Shown here piece after piece: positions 63,586 to 64,000 of a stretch of 64,000 nt of DNA. This DNA is from Squalus acanthias (Eukaryota): assembly GCA_030390025.1 (NCBI GenBank), contig CM059449.1, positions 13,826,001-13,890,000 of the forward strand, written 5' to 3'. The notes beneath the pieces are model-generated. The model saw only the letters and a program-made list of their open reading frames with translations. It did not search any database and was not told where the DNA came from. Numbering within the stretch: position 1 is the first letter of the stretch; every line of letters begins with the position of its first letter. Both the position numbers and the translations under genes were made by a program.

Positions 63586-64000
63586 AATGATTATTCTGAT
63601 TATTTAACCACAATAAAGATATTATTCCCTTGATAAAGTACAGAGCCAAGCAACGAAAATGGTCCCAGGCATCAAGATCTTAATGATCAGGAAACGTTCA
63701 TCAGTTGACCTTGCTTCTTTCCATAGAATTGTAGAAATTGCAATGGAAAATAAGGCCATCTGGTCTCTCATGCCTGCGCCAGTGACAGTTCCACATGACA
63801 GCTATCTTCTCTAATCCCACTGATTGTCCCGTTAATAATGTGTTTCTTCGCCTTAATGAATACCACTCTTTGTAAATTCAAGACCCACTGCAGGAATTAA
63901 ATCCATAATTTAGGCTGACACGTCAGCAAAGTACTGCATTGTTCTCGGCTCAGGCCAACATTCATCCCCGAAACCGGCATCATCAAAAAACAGATCTGAT

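Larger units (their letters stand above)
45639..64000 (+). repeat. Segmental duplication, copy B (runs off the window end)
   Basis: As for copy A, with an extra CR1 at 50201..50859 and an extra ~7.2 kb at about 55950..63145. Confidence 0.95.

Overview
Repeat-dense vertebrate DNA, most likely a cartilaginous fish, judging from CR1 LINEs with an SGNH-esterase ORF1, SacSINE1-like DeuSINEs and shark-type Penelope ends. There is one intact protein-coding gene, which I reconstructed by hand as 7 phase-compatible exons (+ strand, 14539..22583, 238 aa). It is an NKp30/NCR3-like receptor with a single germline-joined VJ-type Ig domain, a transmembrane helix with an uncharged core, and a tail with two ITIMs (LHYAKV, VEYATI), so it is predicted to be inhibitory. 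Two SINE-disrupted NCR3-like V pseudo-exons lie on the minus strand (about 9.6-10.2 kb and 55.2-55.4 kb). The window also holds 11 tRNA-Arg(CCT) gene or pseudogene copies, each followed directly by a DeuSINE head. Three intact, identical copies sit in a young ~3.48 kb tandem array (28.9-43.5 kb) whose units also carry a Penelope-type minimal hammerhead motif. Positions 1..11571 are duplicated at 45639..64000, which predicts another NCR3-like paralog just beyond the window. Nearly all other ORFs in the track are LINE fragments or antisense noise. Repeat boundaries are approximate and read by eye.
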